A DNA stretch of 61,749 nucleotides, filler included, from Sphacelaria rigidula (lineage: Eukaryota), in the NCBI GenBank assembly GCA_964200075.2. It is 11 parts of 11 records of this genome, joined end to end, with 100 filler letters (N's around TTAATTAATTAA, not from the genome) between each part and the next. Parts side by side here need not be neighbours in the genome. Positions count along the whole stretch, not along the records: positions 56,229 to 61,749 come from CAXNAA020026657.1; 10 more parts are not named here. One strand, 5' to 3'. Both the position numbers and the translations under genes were made by a program. How positions within the stretch are numbered: position 1 is the stretch's first letter; each line of letters starts with the position of its first letter. Below, piece after piece: positions 61,712 to 61,749 of the stretch. A model generated the notes under the pieces. That model did no database searches and was not told the origin of the DNA. It was given only the letters and a program-made list of their open reading frames with translations.

Positions 61712-61749
61712 AGACTACTGACAAGTCAGCGCTGACTTGTCAGTAGTCT
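61712..61749. repeat. Perfect 38-bp palindrome at the end of the sequence
   Basis: AGACTACTGACAAGTCAGCGCTGACTTGTCAGTAGTCT equals its own reverse complement. Confidence 0.95.

Overview
Eukaryotic, intron-rich, repeat-dense DNA whose genes and transposons are most consistent with a brown alga or related stramenopile (inference). The window is not one locus. It is 11 contigs of 5523, 5522 or 5521 bp in descending size order, joined by artificial 100-bp N44-TTAATTAATTAA-N44 linkers, so adjacency across linkers means nothing. Spliced gene fragments supported by GT-AG phase logic and protein motifs: NOG1/GTPBP4 (5 exons), a DUF1517/FLAP1-like protein, a Trf4/TENT4-like nucleotidyltransferase with a ~900-aa low-complexity insertion, a type I membrane protein, DDX56/DBP9, an ENTH/epsin protein and an RPGRIP1L-like C2 exon. 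Mobile DNA: degenerate Ty3/Gypsy elements, tRNA-derived SINEs, 3' ends of a non-LTR element with (AATC)n tails, PIF/Harbinger-like MITEs with TNA target duplications, CAC-ended MITEs, and nested insertions. The most unusual signals are a conserved ~64-nt G-run-bounded repeat module with a strand-specific GNRA hairpin, long foldbacks, and the giant insertion in the nucleotidyltransferase. I found no convincing CRISPR-like or prokaryotic system.
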